Origin: Schmidtea nova
Taxonomy: Eukaryota
Assembly: GCA_044892505.1 (NCBI GenBank)
Contig: CM097884.1
Span: 29,698,001 to 29,762,000, forward strand
Reading direction: 5' to 3'
Length of the DNA stretch: 64,000 bases
Shown: positions 36,001 through 51,000 of the stretch, piece after piece
How positions within the stretch are numbered: the first letter of the stretch is position 1
Layout of the letters: each line of letters opens with the position of its first letter
Program-made: the position numbers and the translations under genes
The notes under the pieces: model-generated
Seen by the model: only the letters and a program-made list of their open reading frames with translations
Told to the model about the DNA's origin: nothing
Database searches by the model: none

Positions 36001-39000
36001 GTGAAATGTTTGAAACAGAGAAATCAGTTTACTCAACAACGATCATATCATCAGATGAAGACATTAAATATTGCTCAGTTGAAATACAATTCGAAGAAAC
36101 AAAGTCTCGCAACATAGAATCTGGCTACGAAATCAAGTCAACAATGAAAGAATGTTACAGCGAAACAGAGGTAAATAAAATAAATTCATTTTTACAAATA
36201 ATGTCACTTATTCACTGCCAAAAATCTATCATGATGTCTTTAAAGATAAATACTGTTTTGAAACCTTTATCATAATATTTAATTTTTTAATCATATTTAA
36301 TCATTGTTTATTTATTAACCTCTTCTTTGCAATTTTATGTCTTAGTTTTATTAATTTACAAAATATTTCGAGTCATTTTTAGAACTGTTTTCTTGTGTTT
36401 AGATTAAATCTGAAAACATTGCAACTGAAACTGGAATAACAGAATTGATACATACGAGCTTGGAAAAAGATACAAAAGCTTCAAATAAGTTAACTGACTA
36501 TAGAGCAGAGGCCATTGACATGAGCAGTGAATCATTCAAAGATAGTGAAATTGTAGAAGTTTCTTTCGAAAAACTCAAAGACACAGTTGACTTTAGCGGT
36601 AGTGTAGAAAGTAAAATGATTGAAGTAGGAACAGAAACTTTCGGAGAAAAGCATAATGTATTCATCGATACGCTTACAAGTCATGAAGCTGAAATTAAAT
36701 TCGAAGAAACTTTGACTGAGTTCATGTGTGAGACGGTAAATAGTGAAAGCAGTTTTGAATGCAAATCAGTTGAAGAAAGCTGGAGTCAAGTTGGTGCAAA
36801 GGCAGTTGAAGTTGGTTCAGAATTCAGAAGCGTGATTGTAGAATGTTCAAGTGAATATACAATTAGTATGAGAGAAAGTCAGGTAGACCAAGCAATAGAA
36901 ACTGAAGAAGTCGGTGTAATGACAGTAGGATTGATAGTGATAGATGAGTCATCGGTGTTTGAATTGAGGTGCTGCACAGTTGAATGTGAAACTGTAGAAA
37001 TCGTAGAAGAAATAATTCCTTTAGAGGCAAAGGAAGAGGAATCAGAAAGATTGTTAATTGAGAATGAAAGTGTAAGCTGGGAGATTCCAATGCTAGATAT
37101 TGCTACTACAACAGTTAAGCCGACATTAGAAGATATTAGCACAGAAAATGTAATTGAGCATGTTGAATATAGTGGTGAATGGTGCCGAGAAATTAAGCAT
37201 GAAAGTGAAATGTTTGAAACAGAGAAATCAGTTTACTCAACAACGATCATATCATCAGATGAAGACATTAAATATTGCTCAGTTGAAATACAATTCGAAG
37301 AAACAAAGTCTCGCAACATAGAATCTGGCTACGAAATCAAGTCAACAATGAAAGAATGTTACAGCGAAACAGAGGTAAATAAAATAAATTCATTTTTACA
37401 AATAATGTCACTTATTCACTGCCAAAAATCTATCATGATGTCTTTAAAGATAAATACTGTTTTGAAACCTTTATCATAATATTTAATTTTTTAATCATAT
37501 TTAATCATTGTTTATTTATTAACCTCTTCTTTGCAATTTTATGTCTTAGTTTTATTAATTTACAAAATATTTCGAGTCATTTTTAGAACTGTTTTCTTGT
37601 GTTTAGATTAAATCTGAAAACATTGCAACTGAAACTGGAATAACAGAATTGATACATACGAGCTTGGAAAAAGATACAAAAGCTTCAAATAAGTTAACTG
37701 ACTATAGAGCAGAGGCCATTGACATGAGCAGTGAATCATTCAAAGATAGTGAAATTGTAGAAGTTTCTTTCGAAAAACTCAAAGACACAGTTGACTTTAG
37801 CGGTAGTGTAGAAAGTAAAATGATTGAAGTAGGAACAGAAACTTTCGGAGAAAAGCATAATGTATTCATCGATACGCTTACAAGTCATGAAGCTGAAATT
37901 AAATTCGAAGAAACATTGACTGAGTTCATGTGTGAGACGGTAAATAGTGAAAGCAGTTTTGAATGCAAATCAGTTGAAGAAAGCTGGAGTCAAGTTGGTG
38001 CAAAGGCAGTTGAAGTTGGTTCAGAATTCAGAAGCGTTATTGTAGAATGTTCAAGTGAATATACAATTAGTATGAGAGAAAGTCAGGTAGACCAAGCAAT
38101 AGAAACTGAAGAAGTCGGTGTAATGACAGTAAGATTGATAGTGATAGATGAGTCATCGGTGTTTGAATTGAGGTGCTGCACAGTTGAATGTGAAACTGTA
38201 GAAATCGTAGAAGAAATAATTCCTTTAGAGGCAAAGGAAGAGGAATCAGAAAGATTGTTAATTGAGAATGAAAGTGTAAGCTGGGAGATTCCAATGCTAG
38301 ATATTGCTACTACAACAGTTAAGCCGACATTAGAAGATATTAGCACAGAAAATGTAATTGAGCATGTTGAATATAGTGGTGAATGGTGCCGAGAAATTAA
38401 GCATGAAAGTGAAATGTTTGAAACAGAGAAATCAGTTTACTCAACAACGATCATATCATCAGATGAAGACATTAAATATTGCTCAGTTGAAATACAATTC
38501 GAAGAAACAAAGTCTCGCAACATAGAATCTGGCTACGAAATCAAGTCAACAATGAAAGAATGTTACAGCGAAACAGAGGTAAATAAAATAAATTCATTTT
38601 TACAAATAATGTCACTTATTCACTGCCTAAAATCTATCATGATGTCTTTAAAGATAAATACTGTTTTGAAATCTTTATCATAATATTTAATTTTTTAATC
38701 ATATTTAATCATTGTTTATTTATTAACCTCTTCTTTGCAATTTTATGTCTTAGTTTTATTAATTTACAAAATATTTCGAGTCATTTTTAGAACTGTTTTC
38801 TTGTGTTTAGATTAAATCTGAAAACATTGCAACTGAAACTGGAATAACAGAATTGATACATACGAGCTTGGAAAAAGATACAAAAGCTTCAAATAAGTTA
38901 ACTGACTATAGAGCAGAGGCCATTGACATGAGCAGTGAATCATTCAAAGATAGTGAAATTGTAGAAGTTTCTTTCGAAAAACTCAAAGACACAGTTGACT

Positions 39001-42000
39001 TTAGCGGTAGTGTAGAAAGTAAAATGATTGAAGTAGGAACAGAAACTTTCGGAGAAAAGCATAATGTATTCATCGATACGCTTACAAGTCATGAAGCTGA
39101 AATTAAATTCGAAGAAACTTTGACTGAGTTCATGTGTGAGACGGTAAATAGTGAAAGCAGTTTTGAATGCAAATCAGTTGAAGAAAGCTGGAGTCAAGTT
39201 GGTGCAAAGGCAGTTGAAGTTGGTTCAGAATTCAGAAGCGTGATTGTAGAATGTTCAAGTGAATATACAATTAGTATGAGAGAAAGTCAGGTAGACCAAG
39301 CAATAGAAACTGAAGAAGTCGGTGTAATGACAGTAGGATTGATAGTGATAGATGAGTCATCGGTGTTTGAATTGAGGTGCTGCACAGTTGAATGTGAAAC
39401 TGTAGAAATCGTAGAAGAAATAATTCCTTTAGAGGCAAAGGAAGAGGAATCAGAAAGATTGTTAATTGAGAATGAAAGTGTAAGCTGGGAGATTCCAATG
39501 CTAGATATTGCTACTACAACAGTTAAGCCGACATTAGAAGATATTAGCACAGAAAATGTAATTGAGCATGTTGAATATAGTGGTGAATGGTGCCGAGAAA
39601 TTAAGCATGAAAGTGAAATGTTTGAAACAGAGAAATCAGTTTACTCAACAACGATCATATCATCAGATGAAGACATTAAATATTGCTCAGTTGAAATACA
39701 ATTCGAAGAAACAAAGTCTCGCAACATAGAATCTGGCTACGAAATCAAGTCAACAATGAAAGAATGTTACAGCGAAACAGAGGTAAATAAAATAAATTCA
39801 TTTTTACAAATAATGTCACTTATTCACTGCCAAAAATCTATCATGATGTCTTTAAAGATAAATACTGTTTTGAAACCTTTATCATAATATTTAATTTTTT
39901 AATCATATTTAATCATTGTTTATTTATTAACCTCTTCTTTGCAATTTTATGTCTTAGTTTTATTAATTTACAAAATATTTCGAGTCATTTTTAGAACTGT
40001 TTTCTTGTGTTTAGATTAAATCTGAAAACATTGCAACTGAAACTGGAATAACAGAATTGATACATACGAGCTTGGAAAAAGATACAAAAGCTTCAAATAA
40101 GTTAACTGACTATAGAGCAGAGGCCATTGACATGAGCAGTGAATCATTCAAAGATAGTGAAATTGTAGAAGTTTCTTTCGAAAAACTCAAAGACACAGTT
40201 GACTTTAGCGGTAGTGTAGAAAGTAAAATGATTGAAGTAGGAACAGAAACTTTCGGAGAAAAGCATAATGTATTCATCGATACGCTTACAAGTCATGAAG
40301 CTGAAATTAAATTCGAAGAAACATTGACTGAGTTCATGTGTGAGACGGTAAATAGTGAAAGCAGTTTTGAATGCAAATCAGTTGAAGAAAGCTGGAGTCA
40401 AGTTGGTGCAAAGGCAGTTGAAGTTGGTTCAGAATTCAGAAGCGTTATTGTAGAATGTTCAAGTGAATATACAATTAGTATGAGAGAAAGTCAGGTAGAC
40501 CAAGCAATAGAAACTGAAGAAGTCGGTGTAATGACAGTAAGATTGATAGTGATAGATGAGTCATCGGTGTTTGAATTGAGGTGCTGCACAGTTGAATGTG
40601 AAACTGTAGAAATCGTAGAAGAAATAATTCCTTTAGAGGCAAAGGAAGAGGAATCAGAAAGATTGTTAATTGAGAATGAAAGTGTAAGCTGGGAGATTCC
40701 AATGCTAGATATTGCTACTACAACAGTTAAGCCGACATTAGAAGATATTAGCACAGAAAATGTAATTGAGCATGTTGAATATAGTGGTGAATGGTGCCGA
40801 GAAATTAAGCATGAAAGTGAAATGTTTGAAACAGAGAAATCAGTTTACTCAACAACGATCATATCATCAGATGAAGACATTAAATATTGCTCAGTTGAAA
40901 TACAATTCGAAGAAACAAAGTCTCGCAACATAGAATCTGGCTACGAAATCAAGTCAACAATGAAAGAATGTTACAGCGAAACAGAGGTAAATAAAATAAA
41001 TTCATTTTTACAAATAATGTCACTTATTCACTGCCTAAAATCTATCATGATGTCTTTAAAGATAAATACTGTTTTGAAACCTTTATCATAATATTTAATT
41101 TTTTAATCATATTTAATCATTGTTTATTTATTAACCTCTTCTTTGCAATTTTATGGCTTAGTTTTATTAATTTACAAAATATTTCGAGTCATTTTTAGAA
41201 CTGTTTTCTTGTGTTTAGATTAAATCTGAAAACATTGCAACTGAAACTGGAATAACAGAATTGATACATACGAGCTTGGAAAAAGATACAAAAGCTTCAA
41301 ATAAGTTAACTGACTATAGAGCAGAGGCCATTGACATGAGCAGTGAATCATTCAAAGATAGTGAAATTGTAGAAGTTTCTTTCGAAAAACTCAAAGACAC
41401 AGTTGACTTTAGCGGTAGTGTAGAAAGTAAAATGATTGAAGTAGGAACAGAAACTTTCGGAGAAAAGCATAATGTATTCATCGATACGCTTACAAGTCAT
41501 GAAGCTGAAATTAAATTCGAAGAAACTTTGACTGAGTTCATGTGTGAGACGGTAAATAGTGAAAGCAGTTTTGAATGCAAATCAGTTGAAGAAAGCTGGA
41601 GTCAAGTTGGTGCAAAGGCAGTTGAAGTTGGTTCAGAATTCAGAAGCGTGATTGTAGAATGTTCAAGTGAATATACAATTAGTATGAGAGAAAGTCAGGT
41701 AGACCAAGCAATAGAAACTGAAGAAGTCGGTGTAATGACAGTAGGATTGATAGTGATAGATGAGTCATCGGTGTTTGAATTGAGGTGCTGCACAGTTGAA
41801 TGTGAAACTGTAGAAATCGTAGAAGAAATAATTCCTTTAGAGGCAAAGGAAGAGGAATCAGAAAGATTGTTAATTGAGAATGAAAGTGTAAGCTGGGAGA
41901 TTCCAATGCTAGATATTGCTACTACAACAGTTAAGCCGACATTAGAAGATATTAGCACAGAAAATGTAATTGAGCATGTTGAATATAGTGGTGAATGGTG

Positions 42001-45000
42001 CCGAGAAATTAAGCATGAAAGTGAAATGTTTGAAACAGAGAAATCAGTTTACTCAACAACGATCATATCATCAGATGAAGACATTAAATATTGCTCAGTT
42101 GAAATACAATTCGAAGAAACAAAGTCTCGCAACATAGAATCTGGCTACGAAATCAAGTCAACAATGAAAGAATGTTACAGCGAAACAGAGGTAAATAAAA
42201 TAAATTCATTTTTACAAATAATGTCACTTATTCACTGCCAAAAATCTATCATGATGTCTTTAAAGATAAATACTGTTTTGAAACCTTTATCATAATATTT
42301 AATTTTTTAATCATATTTAATCATTGTTTATTTATTAACCTCTTCTTTGCAATTTTATGTCTTAGTTTTATTAATTTACAAAATATTTCGAGTCATTTTT
42401 AGAACTGTTTTCTTGTGTTTAGATTAAATCTGAAAACATTGCAACTGAAACTGGAATAACAGAATTGATACATACGAGCTTGGAAAAAGATACAAAAGCT
42501 TCAAATAAGTTAACTGACTATAGAGCAGAGGCCATTGACATGAGCAGTGAATCATTCAAAGATAGTGAAATTGTAGAAGTTTCTTTCGAAAAACTCAAAG
42601 ACACAGTTGACTTTAGCGGTAGTGTAGAAAGTAAAATGATTGAAGTAGGAACAGAAACTTTCGGAGAAAAGCATAATGTATTCATCGATACGCTTACAAG
42701 TCATGAAGCTGAAATTAAATTCGAAGAAACATTGACTGAGTTCATGTGTGAGACGGTAAATAGTGAAAGCAGTTTTGAATGCAAATCAGTTGAAGAAAGC
42801 TGGAGTCAAGTTGGTGCAAAGGCAGTTGAAGTTGGTTCAGAATTCAGAAGCGTTATTGTAGAATGTTCAAGTGAATATACAATTAGTATGAGAGAAAGTC
42901 AGGTAGACCAAGCAATAGAAACTGAAGAAGTCGGTGTAATGACAGTAAGATTGATAGTGATAGATGAGTCATCGGTGTTTGAATTGAGGTGCTGCACAGT
43001 TGAATGTGAAACTGTAGAAATCGTAGAAGAAATAATTCCTTTAGAGGCAAAGGAAGAGGAATCAGAAAGATTGTTAATTGAGAATGAAAGTGTAAGCTGG
43101 GAGATTCCAATGCTAGATATTGCTACTACAACAGTTAAGCCGACATTAGAAGATATTAGCACAGAAAATGTAATTGAGCATGTTGAATATAGTGGTGAAT
43201 GGTGCCGAGAAATTAAGCATGAAAGTGAAATGTTTGAAACAGAGAAATCAGTTTACTCAACAACGATCATATCATCAGATGAAGACATTAAATATTGCTC
43301 AGTTGAAATACAATTCGAAGAAACAAAGTCTCGCAACATAGAATCTGGCTACGAAATCATGTCAACAATGAAAGAATGTTACAGCGAAACAGAGGTAAAT
43401 AAAATAAATTCATTTTTACAAATAATGTCACTTATTCACTGCCTAAAATCTATCATGATGTCTTTAAAGATAAATACTGTTTTGAAACCTTTATCATAAT
43501 ATTTAATTTTTTAATCATATTTAATCATTGTTTATTTATTAACCTCTTCTTTGCAATTTTATGTCTTAGTTTTATTAATTTACAAAATATTTCGAGTCAT
43601 TTTAGAACTGTTTTCTTGTGTTTAGATTAAATCTGAAAACATTGCAACTGAAACTGGAATAACAGAATTGATACATACGAGCTTGGAAAAAGATACAAAA
43701 GCTTCAAATAAGTTAACTGACTATAGAGCAGAGGCCATTGACATGAGCAGTGAATCATTCAAAGATAGTGAAATTGTAGAAGTTTCTTTCGAAAAACTCA
43801 AAGACACAGTTGACTTTAGCGGAAGTGTAGAAAGTAAAATGATTGAAGTAGGAACAGAAACTTTCGGAGAAAAGCATAATGTATTCATCGATACGCTTAC
43901 AAGTCATGAAGCTGAAATTAAATTCGAAGAAACTTTGACTGAGTTCATGTATGAGACGGTAAATAGTGAAAGCAGTTTTGAATGCAAATCAGTTGAAGAA
44001 AGCTGGAGTCAAGTTGGTGCAAAGGCAGTTGAAGTTGGTTCAGAATTCAGAAGCGTGATTGTAGAATGTTCAAGTGAATATACAATTAGTATGAGAGAAA
44101 GTCAGGTAGACCAAGTAATAGAAACTGAAGAAGTCGGTGTAATGACAGTAGGATTGATAGTGATAGATGAGTCATCGGTGTTTGAATTGAGGTGCTGCAC
44201 AGTTGAATGTGAAACTGTAGAAATCGTAGAAGAAATAATTCCTTTAGAGGCAAAGGAAGAGGAATCAGAAAGATTGTTAATTGAGAATGAAAGTGTAAGC
44301 TGGGAGATTCTAATGTTAGATATTGCTACTACAACAGTTAAGCCGACATTAGAAGATATTAGCACAGAAAATGTAATTGAGCATGTTGAATATAGTGGTG
44401 AATGGTGCCGAGAAATTAAGCATGAAAATGAAATGTTTGAAACAGAGAAATCAGTTTACTCAACAACGATCATATCATCAGATGAAGACATTAAATATTG
44501 CTCAGTTGAAATACAATTCGAAGAAACAAAGTCTCGCAACATAGAATCTGGCTACGAAATCAAGTCAACAATGAAAGAATGTTACAGCGAAACAGAGGTA
44601 AATAAAATAAATTCATTTTTACAAATAATGTCACTTATTCACTGCCAAAAATCTATCATGATGTCTTTAAAGATAAATACTGTTTTGAAACCTTTATCAT
44701 AATATTTAATTTTTTAATCATATTTAATCATTGTTTATTTATTAACCTCTTCTTTGCAATTTTATGTCTTAGTTTTATTAATTTACAAAATATTTCGAGT
44801 CATTTTAGAACTCTTTTCTTGTGTTTAGATTAAATCTGAAAACATTGCAACTGAAACTGGAATAACAGAATTGATACATACGAGCTTGGAAAAAGATACA
44901 AAAGCTTCAAATAAGTTAACTGACTATAGAGCAGAGGCCATTGACATGAGCAGTGAATCATTCAAAGATAGTGAAATTGTAGAAGTTTCTTTCGAAAAAC

Positions 45001-48000
45001 TCAAAGACACAGTTGACTTTAGCGGTAGTGTAGAAAGTAAAATGATTGAAGTAGGAACAGAAACTTTCGGAGAAAAGCATAATGTATTCATCGATACGCT
45101 TACAAGTCATGAAGCTGAAATTAAATTCGAAGAAACTTTGACTGAGTTCATGCGTGAGACGGTAAATAGTGAAAGCAGTTTTGAATGCAAATCAGTTGAA
45201 GAAAGCTGGAGTCAAGTTGGTGCAAAGGCAGTTGAAGTTGGTTCAGAATTCAGAAGCGTGATTGTAGAATGTTCAAGTGAATATACAATTAGTATGAGAG
45301 AAAGTCAGGTAGACCAAGCAATAGAAACTGAAGAAGTCGGTGTAATGACAGTAGGATTGATAGTGATAGATGAGTCATCGGTGTTTGAATTGAGGTGCTG
45401 CACAGTTGAATGTGAAACTGTAGAAATCGTAGAAGAAATAATTCTTTTAGAGGCAAAGGAAGAGGAATCAGAAAGATTGTTAATTGAGAATGAAAGTGTA
45501 AGCTGGGAGATTCCAATGCTAGATATTGCTACTACAACAGTTAAGCCGACATTAGAAGATATTAGCACAGAAAATGTAATTGAGCATGTTGAATATAGTG
45601 GTGAATGGTGCCGAGAAATTAAGCATGAAAGTGAAATGTTTGAAACAGAGAAATCAGTTTACTCAACAACGATCATATCATCAGATGAAGACATTAAATA
45701 TTGCTCAGTTGAAATACAATTCGAAGAAACAAAGTCTCGCAACATAGAATCTGGCTACGAAATCAAGTCAACAATGAAAGAATGTTACAGCGAAACAGAG
45801 GTAAATAAAATAAATTCATTTTTACAAATAATGTCACTTATTCACTGCCTAAAATCTATCATGATGTCTTTAAAGATAAATACTGTTTTGAAACCTTTAT
45901 CATAATATTTAATTTTTTAATCATATTTAATCATTGTTTATTTATTAACCTCTTCTTTGCAATTTTATGTCTTAGTTTTATTAATTTACAAAATATTTCG
46001 AGTCATTTTAGAACTGTTTTCTTGTGTTTAGATTAAATCTGAAAACATTGCAACTGAAACTGGAATAACAGAATTGATACATACGAGCTTGGAAAAAGAT
46101 ACAAAAGCTTCAAATAAGTTAACTGACTATAGAGCAGAGGCCATTGACATGAGCAGTGAATCATTCAAAGATAGTGAAATTGTAGAAGTTTCTTTCGAAA
46201 AACTCAAAGACACAGTTGACTTTAGCGGTAGTGTAGAAAGTAAAATGATTGAAGTAGGAACAGAAACTTTCGGAGAAAAGCATAATGTATTCATCGATAC
46301 GCTTACAAGTCATGAAGCTGAAATTAAATTCGAAGAAACTTTGACTGAGTTCATGTATGAGACGGTAAATAGTGAAAGCAGTTTTGAATGCAAATCAGTT
46401 GAAGAAAGCTGGAGTCAAGTTGGTGCAAAGGCAGTTGAAGTTGGTTCAGAATTCAGAAGCGTGATTGTAGAATGTTCAAGTGAATATACAATTAGTATGA
46501 GAGAAAGTCAGGTAGACCAAGTAATAGAAACTGAAGAAGTCGGTGTAATGACAGTAGGATTGATAGTGATAGATGAGTCATCGGTGTTTGAATTGAGGTG
46601 CTGCACAGTTGAATGTGAAACTGTAGAAATCGTAGAAGAAATAATTCCTTTAGAGGCAAAGGAAGAGGAATCAGAAAGATTGTTAATTGAGAATGAAAGT
46701 GTAAGCTGGGAGATTCCAATGTTAGATATTGCTACTACAACAGTTAAGCCGACATTAGAAGATATTAGCACAGAAAATGTAATTGAGCATGTTGAATATA
46801 GTGGTGAATGGTGCCGAGAAATTAAGCATGAAAATGAAATGTTTGAAACAGAGAAATCAGTTTACTCAACAACGATCATATCATCAGATGAAGACATTAA
46901 ATATTGCTCAGTTGAAATACAATTCGAAGAAACAAAGTCTCGCAACATAGAATCTGGCTACGAAATCAAGTCAACAATGAAAGAATGTTACAGCGAAACA
47001 GAGGTAAATAAAATAAATTCATTTTTACAAATAATATCACTTATTCACTGCCAAAAATCTATCATGATGTCTTTAAAGATAAATACTGTTTTGAAACCTT
47101 TATCATAATATTTAATTTTTTAATCATATTTAATCATTGTTTATTTATTAACCTCTTCTTTGCAATTTTATGTCTTAGTTTTATTAATTTACAAAATATT
47201 TCGAGTCATTTTAGAACTGTTTTCTTGTGTTTAGATTAAATCTGAAAACATTGCAACTGAAACTGGAATAACAGAATTGATACATACGAGCTTGGAAAAA
47301 GATACAAAAGCTTCAAATAAGTTAACTGACTATAGAGCAGAGGCCATTGACATGAGCAGTGAATCATTCAAAGATAGTGAAATTGTAGAAGTTTCTTTCG
47401 AAAAACTCAAAGACACAGTTGACTTTAGCGGTAGTGTAGAAAGTAAAATGATTGAAGTAGGAACAGAAACTTTCGGAGAAAAGCATAATGTATTCATCGA
47501 TACGCTTACAAGTCATGAAGCTGAAATTAAATTCGAAGAAACATTGACTGAGTTCATGTGTGAGACGGTAAATAGTGAAAGCAGTTTTGAATGCAAATCA
47601 GTTGAAGAAAGCTGGAGTCAAGTTGGTGCAAAGGCAGTTGAAGTTGGTTCAGAATTCAGAAGCGTGATTGTAGAATGTTCAAGTGAATATACAATTAGTA
47701 TGAGAGAAAGTCAGGTAGACCAAGTAATAGAAACTGAAGAAGTCGGTGTAATGACAGTAGGATTGATAGTGATAGATGAGTCATCGGTGTTTGAATTGAG
47801 GTGCTGCACAGTTGAATGTGAAACTGTAGAAATCGTAGAAGAAATAATTCCTTTAGAGGCAAAGGAAGAGGAATCAGAAAGATTGTTAATTGAGAATGAA
47901 AGTGTAAGCTGGGAGATTCCAATGCTAGATATTGCTACTACAACAGTTAAGCCGACATTAGAAGATATTAGCACAGAAAATGTAATTGAGCATGTTGAAT

Positions 48001-51000
48001 ATAGTGGTGAATGGTGCCGAGAAATTAAGCATGAAAGTGAAATGTTTGAAACAGAGAAATCAGTTTACTCAACAACGATCATATCATCAGATGAAGACAT
48101 TAAATATTGCTCAGTTGAAATACAATTCGAAGAAACAAAGTCTCGCAACATAGAATCTGGCTACGAAATCAAGTCAACAATGAAAGAATGTTACAGCGAA
48201 ACAGAGGTAAATAAAATAAATTCATTTTTACAAATAATGTCACTTATTCACTGCCTAAAATCTATCATGATGTCTTTAAAGATAAATACTGTTTTGAAAC
48301 CTTTATCATAATATTTAATTTTTTAATCATATTTAATCATTGTTTATTTATTAACCTCTTCTTTGCAATTTTATGTCTTAGTTTTATTAATTTACAAAAT
48401 ATTTCGAGTCATTTTTAGAACTGTTTTCTTGTGTTTAGATTAAATCTGAAAACATTGCAACTGAAACTGGAATAACAGAATTGATACATACGAGCTTGGA
48501 AAAAGATACAAAAGCTTCAAATAAGTTAACTGACTATAGAGCAGAGGCCATTGACATGAGCAGTGAATCATTCAAAGATAGTGAAATTGTAGAAGTTTCT
48601 TTCGAAAAACTCAAAGACACAGTTGACTTTAGCGGTAGTGTAGAAAGTAAAATGATTGAAGTAGGAACAGAAACTTTCGGAGAAAAGCATAATGTATTCA
48701 TCGATACGCTTACAAGTCATGAAGCTGAAATTAAATTCGAAGAAACTTTGACTGAGTTCATGTGTGAGACGGTAAATAGTGAAAGCAGTTTTGAATGCAA
48801 ATCAGTTGAAGAAAGCTGGAGTCAAGTTGGTGCAAAGGCAGTTGAAGTTGGTTCAGAATTCAGAAGCGTGATTGTAGAATGTTCAAGTGAATATACAATT
48901 AGTATGAGAGAAAGTCAGGTAGACCAAGCAATAGAAACTGAAGAAGTCGGTGTAATGACAGTAGGATTGATAGTGATAGATGAGTCATCGGTGTTTGAAT
49001 TGAGGTGCTGCACAGTTGAATGTGAAACTGTAGAAATCGTAGAAGAAATAATTCCTTTAGAGGCAAAGGAAGAGGAATCAGAAAGATTGTTAATTGAGAA
49101 TGAAAGTGTAAGCTGGGAGATTCCAATGCTAGATATTGCTACTACAACAGTTAAGCCGACATTAGAAGATATTAGCACAGAAAATGTAATTGAGCATGTT
49201 GAATATAGTGGTGAATGGTGCCGAGAAATTAAGCATGAAAGTGAAATGTTTGAAACAGAGAAATCAGTTTACTCAACAACGATCATATCATCAGATGAAG
49301 ACATTAAATATTGCTCAGTTGAAATACAATTCGAAGAAACAAAGTCTCGCAACATAGAATCTGGCTACGAAATCAAGTCAACAATGAAAGAATGTTACAG
49401 CGAAACAGAGGTAAATAAAATAAATTCATTTTTACAAATAATGTCACTTATTCACTGCCTAAAATCTATCATGATGTCTTTAAAGATAAATACTGTTTTG
49501 AAACCTTTATCATAATATTTAATTTTTTAATCATATTTAATCATTGTTTATTTATTAACCTCTTCTTTGCAATTTTATGTCTTAGTTTTATTAATTTACA
49601 AAATATTTCGAGTCATTTTAGAACTGTTTTCTTGTGTTTAGATTAAATCTGAAAACATTGCAACTGAAACTGGAATAACAGAATTGATACATACGAGCTT
49701 GGAAAAAGATACAAAAGCTTCAAATAAGTTAACTGACTATAGAGCAGAGGCCATTGACATGAGCAGTGAATCATTCAAAGATAGTGAAATTGTAGAAGTT
49801 TCTTTCGAAAAACTCAAAGACACAGTTGACTTTAGCGGTAGTGTAGAAAGTAAAATGATTGAAGTAGGAACAGAAACTTTCGGAGGAAAGCATAATGTAT
49901 TCATCGATACGCTTACAAGTCATGAAGCTGAAATTAAATTCGAAGAAACTTTGACTGAGTTCATGTATGAGACGGTAAATAGTGAAAGCAGTTTTGAATG
50001 CAAATCAGTTGAAGAAAGCTGGAGTCAAGTTGGTGCAAAGGCAGTTGAAGTTGGTTCAGAATTCAGAAGCGTGATTGTAGAATGTTCAAGTGAATATACA
50101 ATTAGTATGAGAGAAAGTCAGGTAGACCAAGTAATAGAAACTGAAGAAGTCGGTGTAATGACAGTAGGATTGATAGTGATAGATGAGTCATCGGTGTTTG
50201 AATTGAGGTGCTGCACAGTTGAATGTGAAACTGTAGAAATCGTAGAAGAAATAATTCCTTTAGAGGCAAAGGAAGAGGAATCAGAAAGATTGTTAATTGA
50301 GAATGAAAGTGTAAGCTGGGAGATTCCAATGCTAGATATTGCTACTACAACAGTTAAGCCGACATTAGAAGATATTAGCACAGAAAATGTAATTGAGCAT
50401 GTTGAATATAGTGGTGAATGGTGCCGAGAAATTAAGCATGAAAGTGAAATGTTTGAAACAGAGAAATCAGTTTACTCAACAACGATCATATCATCAGATG
50501 AAGACATTAAATATTGCTCAGTTGAAATACAATTCGAAGAAACAAAGTCTCGCAACATAGAATCTGGCTACGAAATCAAGTCAACAATGAAAGAATGTTA
50601 CAGCGAAACAGAGGTAAATAAAATAAATTCATTTTTACAAATAATGTCACTTATTCACTGCCTAAAATCTATCATGATGTCTTTAAAGATAAATACTGTT
50701 TTGAAACCTTTATCATAATATTTAATTTTTTAATCATATTTAATCATTGTTTATTTATTAACCTCTTCTTTGCAATTTTATGTCTTAGTTTTATTAATTT
50801 ACAAAATATTTCGAGTCATTTTAGAACTGTTTTCTTGTGTTTAGATTAAATCTGAAAACATTGCAACTGAAACTGGAATAACAGAATTGATACATACGAG
50901 CTTGGAAAAAGATACAAAAGCTTCAAATAAGTTAACTGACTATAGAGCAGAGGCCATTGACATGAGCAGTGAATCATTCAAAGATAGTGAAATTGTAGAA

